64,000 bases of DNA from Gaiellaceae bacterium (GTDB lineage Bacteria; Actinomycetota; Thermoleophilia; Gaiellales; Gaiellaceae). The DNA is taken from positions 150-64,149 of the forward strand of contig JBJMJS010000132.1 of assembly GCA_045806225.1 (NCBI GenBank). Reading direction: 5' to 3'. Below, in pieces: positions 63,079-64,000 of the stretch. Below the pieces are notes generated by a model. The model ran no database searches and was not told the DNA's origin. It saw nothing but the letters and a program-made list of their open reading frames with translations. Numbering within the stretch: the stretch's first letter is position 1; each line of letters starts with the position of its first letter. A program made the translations under genes and the position numbers.

Positions 63079-64000
63079 CTAGGCGCCGTGACGGTCGTAG
63101 TCGGCCCGCGCCGCGCGCACGGACTCGACTGCCGAGACCTCTGCGACGGGAACGTCCCACCACGACTCGTATCCCGGAACTCCCTCGTAGCGGTCGACCT
63201 CGATCGTCAGGACGACCGTCTCGTCCAAGCGCTTCGCCTGCTCGAGCCCTGCGCGCAAGTCGTCGATCGTCCGGCACCGGACGACGGTGGCGCCGAGCGA
63301 CTCGGCGTTCGCGGCCAGGTCGACCGGGAGCACCGGCGGCGGCGAGCCGTCGCTGTCGACGCCGAGCGTTCCGTTGCGCCGGAAGCGGTACTGGGTGCCG
63401 AACCCGTCCGTGCCCAGAGAGCGCGAGAGGGCGCCGATCGAGTTGAACCCGTGGTTGTCGACGAGGACGATCGTCAGCTTCAGCCCCTCCTGCACGGCCG
63501 TGACGATCTCGGTCCCGAGCATCAGGTACGACCCGTCACCGACGAGCACATAGACCTCGCGGTCGGGTGCTGCGAGCTTGACGCCTAGCCCCCCGGCGAT
63601 CTCGTACCCCATGCACGAGTACCCGTACTCCACGTGATAGCCCTTCGCGTCGCGGGCTCGCCAGAGCTTGTGGAGGTCGCCTGGCATCGACCCCGCCGCG
63701 CACACGACGACGTCGCGCTCGCCGGACGCCGCGTTGACGGCGCCGAGGACCTCGCTCTGCGCCGGCAACGGCGTACGCGCGAGCGTGTAGAGGCGCTCGA
63801 CCTCGCGGTCCCAATCGTCGTGGAGGCGGGCAACCTCATCGCGGTACAGGCCGTCGATCGACCATCCGTGCAGCGCCTCCGCGAGCAACTCGATTGTCGC
63901 CCGCGCGTCGCCGACGAGCGCGAGGCCCGCTTGCTTCGCGGCGTCGAAGTCGGCGATGTTGACGTTCACGTACGCGACGTTGGGGTTGCGGAAGCCGGTC
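63079..64000 (-). CDS. iolD: 3D-(3,5/4)-trihydroxycyclohexane-1,2-dione acylhydrolase (ThDP enzyme), C-terminal part; the 5' end lies beyond the window end
   Basis: The track ORF 63079..63969 continues in frame with no stop to 64000 (..TGFRNPNVAYVNVNIADFD..). GYSCMGYEIAGGLGVK and GDGSYLMLGTEIVTAVQEGLKLTIVLVDNHGF (ThDP motif). Confidence 0.88.
   Translation of the reverse strand, partial: TGFRNPNVAYVNVNIADFDAAKQAGLALVGDARATIELLAEALHGWSIDGLYRDEVARLHDDWDREVERLYTLARTPLPAQSEVLGAVNAASGERDVVVCAAGSMPGDLHKLWRARDAKGYHVEYGYSCMGYEIAGGLGVKLAAPDREVYVLVGDGSYLMLGTEIVTAVQEGLKLTIVLVDNHGFNSIGALSRSLGTDGFGTQYRFRRNGTLGVDSDGSPPPVLPVDLAANAESLGATVVRCRTIDDLRAGLEQAKRLDETVVLTIEVDRYEGVPGYESWWDVPVAEVSAVESVRAARADYDRHGA

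Noticed and set aside
1-64000. Search for mobile elements, CRISPR arrays, tRNA/rRNA genes, toxin-antitoxin pairs and known defence systems.
   Set aside because: None were seen. There are no transposase, integrase or recombinase-like ORFs, no direct-repeat arrays, no tRNA-like cloverleaf signatures and no small paired ORFs of toxin-antitoxin type. The window is a core-genome backbone with one catabolic island.

Overview
This is a visibly GC-rich (not computed), almost fully coding chromosomal segment with about 63 CDS, mostly on the minus strand. Many start/stop pairs overlap by 4 nt (ATGA/GTGA). The gene order is the conserved Actinomycetota-type housekeeping backbone: pyrG-steB-steA-recN-nadK-tlyA-ispA-nusB, accC, efp-pepQ-aroQ-aroKB-aroC-aroE-mltG-ruvX-alaS, then a sigma factor, mnmA and aspS-hisS. 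After that come a histidine-utilisation operon (hutHUI plus glutamate formimidoyltransferase), a heterodimeric ABC exporter pair, lon, and an inositol (iol) catabolic island that runs off the right edge. I found no rRNA or tRNA genes, CRISPR arrays, transposases, integrases or recognisable defence or toxin-antitoxin modules, so most of the window is ordinary core genome. The most unusual points are listed here. (1) A carboxyltransferase-like domain with apparently degenerate catalytic motifs is fused to a full-length AccB in the accB slot. (2) The iol island carries a DegT-type aminotransferase, extra Gfo/Idh/MocA dehydrogenases and a polyamine/opine-type ABC importer, which may indicate aminocyclitol utilisation. 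(3) A 48-codon sORF exactly bridges the two ABC exporter genes and overlaps mutually exclusive hairpins. (4) MnmA has a degenerate SufU/IscU-like N-terminal extension. (5) A GT2-MraY-like fusion sits next to steA/steB. (6) aroKB has no canonical start codon upstream of its P-loop. CDS coordinates follow the ORF track frames. Small motifs were located by eye and may be off by 1-2 nt. All family assignments come from motif recognition, not database searches.
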